Origin: Paenibacillus guangzhouensis
Lineage (GTDB): Bacteria > Bacillota > Bacilli > Paenibacillales > Paenibacillaceae
Direction: 5' to 3'
Assembly: GCF_009363075.1 (NCBI RefSeq)
Contig: NZ_CP045293.1
Span: 6,369,006 to 6,433,005, forward strand
Length of the DNA: 64,000 nt
Below, piece by piece: positions 47,673-58,492 of this stretch (positions within the stretch are counted from its first letter, which is position 1; each line of letters begins with the position of its first letter). Below the pieces are notes generated by a model that saw only the letters and a list, made by a program, of their open reading frames with translations, was not told the DNA's origin and made no database searches. The translations under genes and the position numbers were made by a program.

Positions 47673-50042
47673 CTATGGAGTGGTGTTCACTAAGATCTTA
47701 GCACCAGCCCAGTCTGCATGGTCATAATTGTTATTGACGCCTTTCGTGACGACGAGCTTAAGAATTTTGGCTCCGGTGATATCGACATCGATATGCTGTA
47801 CCGGTGAGCTGCCAGTCAATTCGCCACTGTCGTAGACCTTAATCCCATCGGCCCATACTTGGAATACGACAGAACCGTTGTCTCCGACTTCATCATCAAT
47901 CCCAACGTCGGCAATAAACTTGGCGAATTTGCCGCCAATGTAATAGGTGATGGCTGAATCGGCGTGCGTTCCAAGTCCTTTGTCATACGTGGTGCCATCG
48001 ATGGTGATTGCGTGCCCATCTCCGGAACCGGATTCTCCGTTGCTCTGATCTCGCTCAACAGGGCCCCAGCCGTTCTCCGCTTCAAGCCAATTGATATCGC
48101 TAAGGTAAGTATCTGTTGCGGGTGGAGCTGCATACACTTTGATCTGGCTTGTTGCCTGCTTATCTCCCTGTTCATGACCTCGATAATTATAATCTGTCTT
48201 GGCATGGATGTCGTATACCCCCGTAGTCGCACCGCTGGACACGGTCATATCCCATGTCGTGGTAATGGACTTCCCTGGAGGAAGGCTATGAAAGGAGGTT
48301 GGCGAAGTCGCGTTCACATTCCATCCGGTAGGCGTCTGTAACTGGATTTCGATTCTTTGAAGCGCTATTTTGCCGTTATTCGTAAATGTCGCCGTGACCT
48401 GGCCGGATTGACCTGCTTCAACCGTGGGATCTGCTGTGACTGTAAGATTGGTTGACGGCTGGGTCATGTTCGGCGTTCCAGGTTGGACTCTGAACATGAC
48501 AGCTCCATGGGACGGCACATCGGCGCTAATGGTGTTCGTTGCTGCACTCTCACTGTGCTCCCATAGGTCGCGCACGATATATACAGGTGCCTTCTTCAAG
48601 CCGAGCTCATCGATGTTCAAACTCATGGATGTTGCTGCCTGGCTCCGGTTAAAGAACAATACGGCCTTGTCACCGTTAGACAACGGCTTAACCCATACCT
48701 CATAGTCCCCGTCGTCACGTATTTTACTTCCCTGTACGCCTGCCGGGTCCTGATCGATGGCAATGACTTCTTTGTTCAGTAGGATCTTCTTCGTCGCATC
48801 CGACATTGCCGTAATATCGTTGCCTGCGATGAGAGGGGCAGCCATGATGCTCCACAAGCTGAAATGCGCACGGTACTCCGTATCCGTCATCCCGCCGTTG
48901 CCAACCTCGAGCATATCCGGATCATTCCAATGTCCCGGGCCTGCGTATTGGGCCAGCACGGAATTTTCGTCCAACAAGGTGGTCATGCTGTTCCATGTGT
49001 CGGTGATATCGCCGGTTGTACGCCAGAGATGTCCTACGGAAGGACCCCACAGCCATGGTTTATTGGCTCCCCATTCGCAAATGCTGAACATGATCTTACG
49101 CCCCGTCGCTTGCAGCGCATCTCGCATGGCTCCGTACTGTTGTGCCGATATAGCCGATCCGTCTTCCGGGTTGTAGAACTTGATCGTATTCTCGCCTTGC
49201 TGCAGCGTAACCTGAATCGGATAAGCAGCAGCCGTATCCCAGCCGCCGGAAGAAGACAGGCTGTATTTCTGTCCCGTCCCGCCGTTCACGCTGACGTACA
49301 GATTTCTGCTAGGGTCCCCATTTAGATAGTGGATAGTTAACGTATAAGTGCCTGCCGCCGACGCATTGATTTTGTTGATAATTAATTCACCGGAGTTATT
49401 GCCTATAAATCCGACCTTTGAGCCGGCTATTTTGGCGCCTCCGACGAGCGTATTGTCAGGCGATTCCGCTTCGTATGTCTTGGTGTTACCCCCATTGGAT
49501 ACCACAATCTTATCTAGATCTGGCGCATACGTAGAGAATCTCACATTATAGCAGAAGTCATATTTTAGATAGTCGACTTCCCATTCTGCGAATTTGGCCG
49601 CGTCTCTCTGTTCATTGCCTTGGCTCGCTGGAAGGCCCATGCATGTCTTCGTCCCGTTAGAGGAGTAAATGCCAAGCTTCAAGCCTTTGCTGTGAACGTA
49701 ATCCGCAACGCCTTTAATGCCGTCGGGGAATCTCGTAGGATCGGGCACGAGATCGCCGTTCGCATCCCTGGAACTGGTCATCCAGTTATCGTCGATATTG
49801 ATATATTCATAGCCTGCATCCTTCATGCCGTTCTCTACCATCGCATCTGCCATGGCCATGATCTTCCATTGGTCGATGTTGCCGCCGAACTTGTTCCAGC
49901 TGTTCCAACCCATCGGGGGCGTAAGCGCAAGTCCATCATCTAATGCATAGGCGGTGGGTGTCAGCTTGCTCATAACGCCGGTCTGCATCCATAGGGCACA
50001 TACCATTGCGACGGATAACAATAACATTCTGAACTTACGCAT
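47673..50042 (-). CDS. Secreted alpha-galactosidase (GH27) with C-terminal NPCBM/NEW2 carbohydrate-binding domain
   Basis: Signal peptide. GH27 core LDDGLALTPPMGWNSWNKFG...YEYINIDDNWM...LKYDFC. C-terminal NPCBM-like TIDGTTYDKGLGTHADSAITYYIGG. Start taken at MRKFRMLL (ATG 50042) behind GGAGG. Confidence 0.85.
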   Translation of the reverse strand: MRKFRMLLLSVAMVCALWMQTGVMSKLTPTAYALDDGLALTPPMGWNSWNKFGGNIDQWKIMAMADAMVENGMKDAGYEYINIDDNWMTSSRDANGDLVPDPTRFPDGIKGVADYVHSKGLKLGIYSSNGTKTCMGLPASQGNEQRDAAKFAEWEVDYLKYDFCYNVRFSTYAPDLDKIVVSNGGNTKTYEAESPDNTLVGGAKIAGSKVGFIGNNSGELIINKINASAAGTYTLTIHYLNGDPSRNLYVSVNGGTGQKYSLSSSGGWDTAAAYPIQVTLQQGENTIKFYNPEDGSAISAQQYGAMRDALQATGRKIMFSICEWGANKPWLWGPSVGHLWRTTGDITDTWNSMTTLLDENSVLAQYAGPGHWNDPDMLEVGNGGMTDTEYRAHFSLWSIMAAPLIAGNDITAMSDATKKILLNKEVIAIDQDPAGVQGSKIRDDGDYEVWVKPLSNGDKAVLFFNRSQAATSMSLNIDELGLKKAPVYIVRDLWEHSESAATNTISADVPSHGAVMFRVQPGTPNMTQPSTNLTVTADPTVEAGQSGQVTATFTNNGKIALQRIEIQLQTPTGWNVNATSPTSFHSLPPGKSITTTWDMTVSSGATTGVYDIHAKTDYNYRGHEQGDKQATSQIKVYAAPPATDTYLSDINWLEAENGWGPVERDQSNGESGSGDGHAITIDGTTYDKGLGTHADSAITYYIGGKFAKFIADVGIDDEVGDNGSVVFQVWADGIKVYDSGELTGSSPVQHIDVDITGAKILKLVVTKGVNNNYDHADWAGAKILVNTTP

Positions 50043-50634
50043 AAGAATACCTCCACATGATTTCATTCTGAATTATCGTTATTGCGTATGTAACGATTTT
50101 CTGTAATATCACCTGCCTTCCAAAATATCGGGGGATAAAATTCCATTTTAAGGGATAAAATTCAATCGTTTACATCGTATGCGATCGCCTATTTACGTAT
50201 GCGGTAAATTTTTGTTGCCACTAGATCTAAAAAAGTTGTGATCATCCCGAATGAGATCTATCCGAATGAGGCGATCAAGAGCGTCTGCTTTATCAAAAAT
50301 GTGATCACGCGTCACGCATCACAATGAGTTCCTATCACGGAGTGGTTCTAAACAAAATGGGGAGAGCGTTCACCTGTTAAACTCAGAGAAATGATCGCTC
50401 CTTAATAACGATCCTTAGTCTCTGATATGCCGTAAGATAGTGGAAGCACAAAGCAGACGCGTAGTGTGTTCGTGAGGATTGGTGCGGTGGCGATTGAAGA
50501 AGGTCGTGAAACCCCTAGCGCAGTAAAGTGACTTGTGTTATTTCATATAAATAGTAAAATGACTAGATATTTAATTTAATTTATGGTGAAAATCACGGCC
50601 ATACAATGACATCATCACAATGGAGGTTTACCTC

Positions 50635-51108
50635 ATGTTAATTAGAGAGATTGCAGAAAAAGATAACGAACAAGTAGAGTACCTTATTAGATCTTGTTTG
50701 ATGGAATTTGGAGCGAATAAGCCGGGGACGGCTTGGGCTGATCCGACATTAGGAGATTTTTATAATCTGTACAGTAATGAGGGTTCTAAATATTGGGTTG
50801 TTGAGGATAATAACAAAATAGTAGCTGGTTGTGGTGTTGGACCGGTTCATAGCTGGCCGGATATTTGTGAATTACAAAAGATGTATGCATTAAAAGAAAT
50901 GCGAGGTACAGGATTTTCAAGCGAGTTGCTGCGGATTGCCCTAGATTTTGCGAAAAAGCACTATAAAAAATGCTATCTTGAAACGCTTAGCAATATGGTC
51001 GCAGCCAATAAGTTTTACAAAAAGAATGGATTCATTCAATTAGATAAGCCGCTAAATGCAACGGAACACTTTGCTTGTGATGTATGGTATATGAAAACGT
51101 TAAAATGA
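50635..51108 (+). CDS. GNAT-family N-acetyltransferase
   Basis: Acetyl-CoA-binding region KMYALKEMRGTGFSSELL. The ATG at 50635 follows GGAGG. Confidence 0.8.
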   Translation: MLIREIAEKDNEQVEYLIRSCLMEFGANKPGTAWADPTLGDFYNLYSNEGSKYWVVEDNNKIVAGCGVGPVHSWPDICELQKMYALKEMRGTGFSSELLRIALDFAKKHYKKCYLETLSNMVAANKFYKKNGFIQLDKPLNATEHFACDVWYMKTLK

Positions 51109-51242
51109 TACTGAAGATGTATTGGTGGGAAATAGAAGAGGGGCGAACCCCTCTTTTTTGTTTTTATTATGCCTATTTCGGGTGATTTACACCTAGTCAA
51201 TATTCTAAAATTTTCAGGTGCGTCAAACTTCTGTAGATATTG

Positions 51243-51935
51243 TTATTCGAAAATCACTGGCAGCGATGAGGTGCTATGATCCAGCAACAACGAGCTGACA
51301 ATCAAAGACAATGTTTGCCTGTATGTTGCATGCGCAGATTGAACATCACCTAAATGTCCTCCCATGTAAAGATGAATGACGCCATGGAGCGAGGCCCAGA
51401 ATATGCGAACAACGGATACAGTGTCATATTGGTCGGGAATGAGACCTTGCTTCTGAGCATTGCTGATCACCGTCAATAATTGTAGCATGGCGGTTTCGGT
51501 ACCATTTAGGCTTTCCTCATCTGGTTTGAAATCTGCGAAAGCGCCTCCGAACATCAGTTTAAAATAACTAGAGTAACGTTGTCCGAATTGCCAAAAAGTT
51601 TCGCCTAAATTCAGCAAACACTGTGCCGGATCAGAAGCTTGCGGCGTCTCCTCGAACTCATTAGCGAGAAGCTTACAACCCTCCAGATACAATTGCTGAG
51701 CCAACCCCTCTTTATTGACAAACAAGCTATAAATGATTTTTGTCGAGCAATCCATTTTCTGCGCTACTTTACGCACCGTAACGGCTTCTGGGCCCTCTTC
51801 TTGCAAGAGTGATGCCGCAGCATCAACAACGAGCTTGCGGAGATTTTCAGTATTTTGTAAGCGAACTTCTTGGTAGGTTTTCAATTTATGTGAATTCACA
51901 TTGGAGGAAATATCTTGGCCGCTCATAGTCATCAC
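51243..51935 (-). CDS. TetR-family transcriptional regulator
   Basis: N-terminal HTH LVVDAAASLLQEEGPEAVTVRKVAQKMDCSTKIIYSLF. Confidence 0.75.
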   Translation of the reverse strand: MMTMSGQDISSNVNSHKLKTYQEVRLQNTENLRKLVVDAAASLLQEEGPEAVTVRKVAQKMDCSTKIIYSLFVNKEGLAQQLYLEGCKLLANEFEETPQASDPAQCLLNLGETFWQFGQRYSSYFKLMFGGAFADFKPDEESLNGTETAMLQLLTVISNAQKQGLIPDQYDTVSVVRIFWASLHGVIHLYMGGHLGDVQSAHATYRQTLSLIVSSLLLDHSTSSLPVIFE

Positions 51936-52200
51936 CTTCGGTTGTTTTCGTCAGGAAACAAAGTTTCTGACTCTCTTATTAGGGATTTTATTCAGTTGTC
52001 CGGCAGTTGTCAAATGTGACGTTGGATGTTCAAAGTTCATATTGACTTTCTAAAAAAGCGTGGTTACAATGAAATCTAACGGAAACAGTGTTACCAAACA
52101 ATGCGATGATTCTTAATTTTTTGGGGATTTCGGATTCTTCTAAGCTTACGGTAACAGTGTTACTATATTAAAACGTAGTACCTAAAAGGAGAATGACATT

Positions 52201-53025
52201 ATGAATATTCAAGGAAAATGGGCGCTTATCACGGGAGCTTCTTCCGGTATTGGAGAGCAATTCGCAAGACAACTGGCTAAACAAGGCAGCCATCTGGTAC
52301 TTGTGGCCCGATCGAAGGGCAAGCTTGAGAGTCTGGCATCAGAGCTCAGAAAGATGTATGGAATCAAAGCCGAGGTTATCTCTATGGATCTTTCGAAAGA
52401 GGGAGCTCCCAGCGAGTTATATCAGCAATGTCAACTTTTGAAAGTGGATATCGAACTGCTGGTCAACAATGCGGGCTTTGCTACACATGGATTGTTTGAA
52501 CAAGTGTCAGGTGAACGTCAACATGAGGAAGTGATGCTCAATGTCGCCGCTGTTGTAGATATGACCCACTTATTCTTGCCGGGTATGTTGCGCAAAAGCT
52601 CAGGTGCAGTAATCAATGTTGCTTCAACCGCCGGATTTCAACCGCTTCCCTATATGGCCGTATATGGGGCGACAAAAGCTTTCGTCTTGTCGTTTACTCA
52701 AGCGTTATGGTGGGAAAACCGCGACCGCGGTGTACAATTCTTCGCACTTTGTCCTGGTGCGACGGATACCAGTTTCTTTGATGTCGTAGGAACGGAAGAT
52801 GCCTCCGTCGGAAAGAAAGACACGCCGGAAAGAGTCGTAGAGATTGCACTGCGTGCCTTGGAGCAAGGGAAACTGTATGTTGTTCCCGGTATGCAGAATT
52901 ATATGGGGGCGCAGTTAGCGCGTTTTATTACACGAAAGCAAGGCCTTAAGCTTGTTGGGGGCATGCTTCGTCCACGCAATAGCTCCAGTAATAATAACAA
53001 ACCGGGTAATCAAAACGGCTTCTGA
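52201..53025 (+). CDS. Short-chain dehydrogenase/reductase (SDR)
   Basis: ALITGASSGIGEQFARQL Rossmann motif and the catalytic YGATKAF motif. Confidence 0.85.
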   Translation: MNIQGKWALITGASSGIGEQFARQLAKQGSHLVLVARSKGKLESLASELRKMYGIKAEVISMDLSKEGAPSELYQQCQLLKVDIELLVNNAGFATHGLFEQVSGERQHEEVMLNVAAVVDMTHLFLPGMLRKSSGAVINVASTAGFQPLPYMAVYGATKAFVLSFTQALWWENRDRGVQFFALCPGATDTSFFDVVGTEDASVGKKDTPERVVEIALRALEQGKLYVVPGMQNYMGAQLARFITRKQGLKLVGGMLRPRNSSSNNNKPGNQNGF

Positions 53026-53168
53026 CCATGGCTGAACTCGACATATCAACGCCGGGCCATTGCAGGAGTTGGAGAATCATCGCGCTCTTGGCTGAAGGGA
53101 AGCAATATTTCGGTAAAATCGTAGTACAAATCTAAAATTCTCGCTTACATTACAAAGGAGGCGCTCTA

Positions 53169-54332
53169 ATGCCCAATACAACAGTAAATCCCGATAAAGC
53201 TTCTAAAGGTCTGAATCATCCGAAACGCTCAGTGAGTAAAAAAATACGCAGATGGGGCTTATCATTGCTTGCAGTACTCCTTCTTGGCGTGCTTGTGTTC
53301 TTACTTGTACCTTCACCCGTCGTACCGGCTAAATGGATAGCACCTGCAGCACCCTCGTTCCAAGAAGCAGGTCCGTGGAAACAGAACAACAAACTCAGCT
53401 CGGCTGAGCTTGTTACGGATGCCCCTCATTTCCCAGAATTTATTACCTTTGATAAGGAAGGCCAGCTATATGCAGGAGATTCCGATGGGAAGATCTACAA
53501 GGTTCCTTTTGATGCAGTAGGCAATCCGCAACAGGCTCAAGTATTTGCAGATACCAAAGGAACGCCTAATGGGCTTAAATTTGACACGAGTGGAAATTTG
53601 ATCGTTACGGATATCCAGAGAGGGCTGCTGTCTATAGATTCATCCGGTAACATAGAGGTCCTGGCCGATCACGTTAACGGCGGACCGATTTACTTGGCCA
53701 ACGAGCTTGATATTGCTCAGGACGGCTCGATTTATTTTTCCGATACCTCAACCTATGGTCGGGTGATGTTCAAAGAAATGGCGGAGAACAAACCGCATGG
53801 ACGACTGTTGAAGTATGATCCAAAGACCAATCAGACGACAGTACTGTTAGATAATCTTTATTTTGCTAACGGGGTAGCCTTGTCTGCGGATGAAGATTTT
53901 GTGCTTGTGGCGGAATCGTATCATTATCAGTTGACCAGATACTGGCTCAAGGGTCCAAAGAAGGGGACATCTGATATTTTTGCAGACAATATTGCAGGCT
54001 TTCCAGACAATATTACACGCGATGAGCAAGGCCAGTTCTGGGTCGGTATCTTCACGACTCGTCTTGCCTTTGTGGATCAGATGCATAGCAATCCTTGGCT
54101 AGCCGGCAACATGGCCAAAATACCGCAGGCGCTGCTAAACGGGGCGAGCGCGCCGGTGAAGCACGGGCTTGTGGCGGAATACAGCCCGCAGGGGGAACTG
54201 ATGGACAGCTGGCATGATCCCAACGGTTCATTGTATGGCATAACCACGGCTGTAAGCCATCATGAATATTTATATATTGGAACGGCGCCGGGCGGTAGCC
54301 AAGGCGTGCATCGCGTACCTTTAACAAAATAA
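53169..54332 (+). CDS. Strictosidine-synthase-like/SMP-30-gluconolactonase-LRE (SGL) family beta-propeller protein with N-terminal membrane anchor
   Basis: N-terminal TM segment LSLLAVLLLGVLVFLLV and repeated propeller-blade-like segments (GTPNGLKFD, IYFSDTS, FANGVAL). Confidence 0.65.
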   Translation: MPNTTVNPDKASKGLNHPKRSVSKKIRRWGLSLLAVLLLGVLVFLLVPSPVVPAKWIAPAAPSFQEAGPWKQNNKLSSAELVTDAPHFPEFITFDKEGQLYAGDSDGKIYKVPFDAVGNPQQAQVFADTKGTPNGLKFDTSGNLIVTDIQRGLLSIDSSGNIEVLADHVNGGPIYLANELDIAQDGSIYFSDTSTYGRVMFKEMAENKPHGRLLKYDPKTNQTTVLLDNLYFANGVALSADEDFVLVAESYHYQLTRYWLKGPKKGTSDIFADNIAGFPDNITRDEQGQFWVGIFTTRLAFVDQMHSNPWLAGNMAKIPQALLNGASAPVKHGLVAEYSPQGELMDSWHDPNGSLYGITTAVSHHEYLYIGTAPGGSQGVHRVPLTK

Positions 54333-54398
54333 TGTTGGAATCTATGTTGGAATCTGGAGCAGTCTGGTACTGCTCTCAGCATATAAGGAGGCTACGTA

Positions 54399-54597
54399 AT
54401 GGAGCTTGATGATTTGGCGCTATCATGGAATACGAAGGAGAGTCTGGCCGGCAAAATAGCTTTGGTGACAGGTGCCAACAGCGGGATCGGGGCGTTGGAA
54501 TTTTCTCAAGCAGCTGGGTATTCCGAGGAAGAAATTCGTGCGTTTACTTCGAACATTCTGCCTTTACATCCCGATAATGTTGCAGAGGTGGCGCTTT
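54399..54597 (+). pseudogene. SDR gene fragment (N-terminus fused to a C-terminal piece by an internal deletion)
   Basis: KIALVTGANSGIGAL followed directly by C-terminal-like PDNVAEVALY. Only about 66 aa. Confidence 0.4.
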
Positions 54598-54750
54598 ATG
54601 GCAGATACGATCCACATGCCTACTAAAGAGGACTTGGTGACGGCCATCCATACCATGGGTTAGGATCTCGATCGGGAGCTGCTCCATTTGCAATTAGAGA
54701 TGGGCGTCTTTGCACATACGATTAAGAGTTTACAGAATCAGAGCCAAAAT
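54598..54750 (+). pseudogene. Degenerate copy 3 of the 102-aa small-protein family (C-terminal half only, internal stop)
   Basis: MADTIHMPTKEDLVTAIHTMG*DLDRELLHLQLEMGVFAHTIKSLQNQ aligns to residues about 50-100 of the 26430 and 41885 proteins. Confidence 0.45.
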
Positions 54751-54890
54751 AGATCGGCTTCTCAATTTTAACTTTTTCATAACTTTTTATCTCCGATCGC
54801 GAGATACAATGGAATGAACTGAGAAAAATTAGAAGAAATGTCGAATATGCGGCTGCGGTGCAGCGGTAGGCATTTCGTTCGGAGGAAACG

Positions 54891-55925
54891 ATGACCACGA
54901 ATCACAAATCTTCAGTACTGCGGCGGACGATCTGGATCTCCGCACTCGTGCTCGGCACGCTGCTGCTCGTTGTGGCAGGTTATCTCGGACATCTCTACTA
55001 TAAGGCGGATTCCGCGATTGAGAGGATGGCGGCACCGTCAGATGCAATGCAAGAGAAGGAAGAACAATCCCATGAAGTTGCTACGAATGAGAAGGCGATC
55101 CGTCCGTTCCTCATGCTGCTCGCCGGAATCGATAACCGGGAAGGAAGCGGGGGCACGCTGAATACCGATGTCCTGATGTTTATCAGCTACAACCCGGAGA
55201 CGCGCTCGGCGAGCATGATGTCGCTGCCGCGGGATCTGCTGATGAAGCCGAAAAATTTGCCTAATCGGAAGGCGAATTTCTACTATGCTTATTATGCGAT
55301 CAAGGATAAGGCAGCTGCCATTGCGAATACGAAACGGTTCTATAGCGATATGCTGGGATTGCCGATTGATTATATGGCACTGGTGAATTTCGATGCACTG
55401 CGTCAAACCGTGAACACGGTTGGTGGGCTCGAGATCGACGTTGATATGGATATGAAATACGTGGATACCGCGGATGGTACCCACATTGATCTTAAAAAAG
55501 GATTGCAGAAGCTGGATGGGCAGAAGACGCTCGACTTCGTTCGATACCGCAAATCCAATCGGGGGACGCAAGAGTCCTCCGACTTCGCGCGAGGTGAACG
55601 GCAGCAGCAAGTCATCAAGCAATTAACGGATAAATTGAGTGCTTTCCAAGGGATGACGCAGTGGGGAAAGGTCCTGGATATTATCGGGGACAACGTGAAG
55701 ACCGACATGCCGGCGAACGAGTTAAAACAATGGCTATTCAACTTCCCGACCTACTATCCGAAGACGATTCGCTCGTTGCATGTGGAGGCCGATTGGAAGA
55801 GTCCTTATGTCTACGCGAGCGAAGAGGATATGAAGCAAGCGCTCGCGGATCTGCGGGCGGAAGTTGGCGATAAGAAGGACAGCCCGATTCGTCTAGGCGA
55901 TGTGATGGGGCTGATGAAGAATTAA
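54891..55925 (+). CDS. LytR-CpsA-Psr (LCP) family cell-wall polymer transferase
   Basis: N-terminal TM anchor and LCP core LLAGIDNREGSGGTLNTDVLMFISYNPETRSASMMSLPRDL. Confidence 0.85.
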   Translation: MTTNHKSSVLRRTIWISALVLGTLLLVVAGYLGHLYYKADSAIERMAAPSDAMQEKEEQSHEVATNEKAIRPFLMLLAGIDNREGSGGTLNTDVLMFISYNPETRSASMMSLPRDLLMKPKNLPNRKANFYYAYYAIKDKAAAIANTKRFYSDMLGLPIDYMALVNFDALRQTVNTVGGLEIDVDMDMKYVDTADGTHIDLKKGLQKLDGQKTLDFVRYRKSNRGTQESSDFARGERQQQVIKQLTDKLSAFQGMTQWGKVLDIIGDNVKTDMPANELKQWLFNFPTYYPKTIRSLHVEADWKSPYVYASEEDMKQALADLRAEVGDKKDSPIRLGDVMGLMKN

Positions 55926-55961
55926 TGACATACTCGAACGAGCTGAGCGAGTAGCAACAAG

Positions 55962-55999
55962 AAACGTTAGCAAACCGTGTGGTCTGCTAACGTTTTTTC
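55962..55999. terminator. Bidirectional terminator between convergent genes; member of a repeated terminator family
   Basis: aacgttagca-aaccgtgtggtc-tgctaacgtt followed by a T-run; near-identical to 61058..61099. Confidence 0.65.
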
Positions 56000-56010
56000 A
56001 TTGCAAGGAT

Positions 56011-58194
56011 TTACTTGCGATATTCATTCATTTTGACGCGTCCGAGATCGACGCTAATCTGATATAGATAGTTCGGTTCGGTCTCGATATTAATAATGAG
56101 CTTATCGGCATCCAGATTGTCGGCCGTTAACGTGAAGTTGCCCCCGGCATCGCCTGTGACGGTCTGCGTCAGAAGTTGTTTCTGCTTCGGTGCAGGTCCA
56201 TTGACGAAGACGGTAACCGTGCGGTTCGCGATTTTCGAGAAGGTTCCTTTGAGAATCAACTGGTGATCGGAGGTGAAGGAGGCGCGGACCGTATAGTCGG
56301 GGAATCCTCCGTTTTTCTCGTTATCCGTGAAGATCGTGAATGCTTCCGGACGTCCATGTAGCTCGAACCCGTGCTCATAGAGATTTTTCAAAAAGGCGAC
56401 AGCCTCCGCGCGCGTTAGCTTCTCTTGCCCAGCAAAACCTTCGACGGTCGGTGCAGTTTTTCCAGTGGAAAAGCCCATGTTCAATAGATAGCGTATCGCG
56501 TCCTGACGATCGGCGTAGTTCCTGCCATTAAGGCTGGCTACGATGTAAGCTACTTCTTGACGGGTGATGGGGCGGTCTCGCAGCTTCTTGTTCTTAATTG
56601 CCTCCAGATCGACGTTGTAGGACCTTGCATATCGATAGTATTTGTCGCTCCATACTTCGATTTTGATCGGATGTTCTTGATCTAACTGTTGGAGTATTTT
56701 CGTATCCGCGTAGAGCTTGAACAACATCGCCAGAAATTCAGCTTCCGTTACTTCGTTATTCGGTCTGAAGGTTCCATCCGCATATCCGCTTGCCATCTGT
56801 CGCTGAACTCCCCATTGAATCGCCTCGCGGGCCCAATGGTTGCCGATATCCGTTAATGAGGTCGATGGTTTGACATTGACCTTCAGTTCGGCCGTCTTGC
56901 CCTCGTAACGGATCGTGATCTTCGCGATACCGGGTTGCAGTCCCTTGATCTTCCCGTTGCGAACGTCGATTAGCTGAGAAGAGGAGGTGTAAGAGAAGCC
57001 GGACTTCATCGAAAATTGTTCTCCGTTCTCCGTATATGCGCGTACCGCAGGCATTGCTATTTCGTCGCCTGCTTGCACAGTGATCTCCCGCGGTTCGATG
57101 GACAAGCCGCTTACACGGTCTTCCGTGCGCGAATCGATGCTGAAGAAGCGGGTCTGGTAGGAGATATCGGCCGGTGTGCCGTCCGTCTTCTTAAGACCGG
57201 TAATGTTGACCTTGAATACGTCGCCATTCTTCAATAATTGCACATCATCCGGACGGAAAGTAATCGCATAATTGTTCCCGTAATTGATCGTACTGATATT
57301 GAAATGGAGCTGTTCAATGTCCTTGTCTTGGGTACTCTGGTCAAAAGTCCAACGTCGCTGGTCTCCGAGGCGGATGAGCTCGACGCGAACATCGTCTAAT
57401 GCAGGCTCTTGAAAACGCTTCGGATTTAATTGAACGGACCAAGCATAATCGCTTTTGAAGGCCTCGAGTGGAAAAGCGCCTTGGTTCGGAAATAAGCTAT
57501 AGTTGTAATCGATCGTGTTGGTTCGGCTTTTATCTTGCACTTGCATGCTGCTATAAGATTTGTCTTGGTGCGCTGCTAATCCGAAGCCGATCTGCTGCAA
57601 TTGCGGATTCAGGATCCATCGGCGATGGCCGACGTTGTCGATGTTCTTGTCGTCCGAATCGTCCATGTAGGCACGAACGCTATCCACAAGTAGATTCGAA
57701 TCGAGCGAACGCGTCGTATAGTATAAGTTCGAAGAGGTTGTCGATCGATACCCTTTGTCATAGAAAGCTTTGTCCATATCGGACGGCTGTGATGGATAAT
57801 GACTGAGCCGGCCAAGCGTCGAGACGAGGACAGCGCCATACTGTGCCTGCTCGTTAAGGCTCGGATCAAGACGCAGATCGCCAGGCAACCCACTAATGAA
57901 GCGATAGAAATTCGTCGCGTCCAATCCTTGCTGAACATAAGCTTCATTTAATTTGCCTGCTCGGTAAGGGGAGGAGGTCAACGGTGTCTCATCAAAGACG
58001 GTTTGTCCTTTGCTGGACGGATTCATCCACTGGCTCCATTTATCTTTGATTTCCTGCTCGCTGCGTTCTGGAAGCAGACTGTCCACGGATTCCGCGAAAG
58101 CAGCAGGGGGATTCCATACGAAATAGAGCAAGCATACGGCGATAAAACTGATCATTTTGATACATCGTGGTGTTCTGTTAGACACATGTAGCAC
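56011..58194 (-). CDS. Cell-surface protein with CAP/SCP domain, Big_2-like domain and three C-terminal SLH repeats
   Basis: Signal peptide. CAP-like VGHRRWILNPQLQQIGFG. Big_2-like ITVQAGDEI...KITIRYEGKTAELKVNV. SLH repeats (GTFRPNNEVTEAEFLAMLFKL, ITRQEVAYIVASLNG, LTRAEAVAFLKNLYE). Confidence 0.7.
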   Translation of the reverse strand: MLHVSNRTPRCIKMISFIAVCLLYFVWNPPAAFAESVDSLLPERSEQEIKDKWSQWMNPSSKGQTVFDETPLTSSPYRAGKLNEAYVQQGLDATNFYRFISGLPGDLRLDPSLNEQAQYGAVLVSTLGRLSHYPSQPSDMDKAFYDKGYRSTTSSNLYYTTRSLDSNLLVDSVRAYMDDSDDKNIDNVGHRRWILNPQLQQIGFGLAAHQDKSYSSMQVQDKSRTNTIDYNYSLFPNQGAFPLEAFKSDYAWSVQLNPKRFQEPALDDVRVELIRLGDQRRWTFDQSTQDKDIEQLHFNISTINYGNNYAITFRPDDVQLLKNGDVFKVNITGLKKTDGTPADISYQTRFFSIDSRTEDRVSGLSIEPREITVQAGDEIAMPAVRAYTENGEQFSMKSGFSYTSSSQLIDVRNGKIKGLQPGIAKITIRYEGKTAELKVNVKPSTSLTDIGNHWAREAIQWGVQRQMASGYADGTFRPNNEVTEAEFLAMLFKLYADTKILQQLDQEHPIKIEVWSDKYYRYARSYNVDLEAIKNKKLRDRPITRQEVAYIVASLNGRNYADRQDAIRYLLNMGFSTGKTAPTVEGFAGQEKLTRAEAVAFLKNLYEHGFELHGRPEAFTIFTDNEKNGGFPDYTVRASFTSDHQLILKGTFSKIANRTVTVFVNGPAPKQKQLLTQTVTGDAGGNFTLTADNLDADKLIINIETEPNYLYQISVDLGRVKMNEYRK

Positions 58195-58377
58195 TCCTTA
58201 GCTGGTTAAAATATGGGAAATATTCTCATGATAGTCCCATACAAAATAGCATAGAGTGTGCTAGGGTTCAACAAAAATCGGCATATTTCCCATCTTCAAT
58301 AGATCATCGGCCTCACCCAAAAAGGGCGAACGCCCCCCAAATAAGAGGAACACTCACCCTTAAACTCATCGATATGC

Positions 58378-58417
58378 CTTACTCCGCCTTGACCAGAATC
58401 TTCACTTGATTCTTCTC
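58378..58417. repeat. 40-bp duplicate of the 3' end of the Zn-ADH gene at 61109..61148
   Basis: Exact shared sequence ccttactccgccttgaccagaatcttcacttgattcttctc. Confidence 0.7.
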
Positions 58418-58492
58418 TTTCAGTTGCTGAGCTCGACTGTTTTTTTGCTTCCGCTCTGGACCACGAGCTGGCCGAGGGCTCGACGAATGCGC

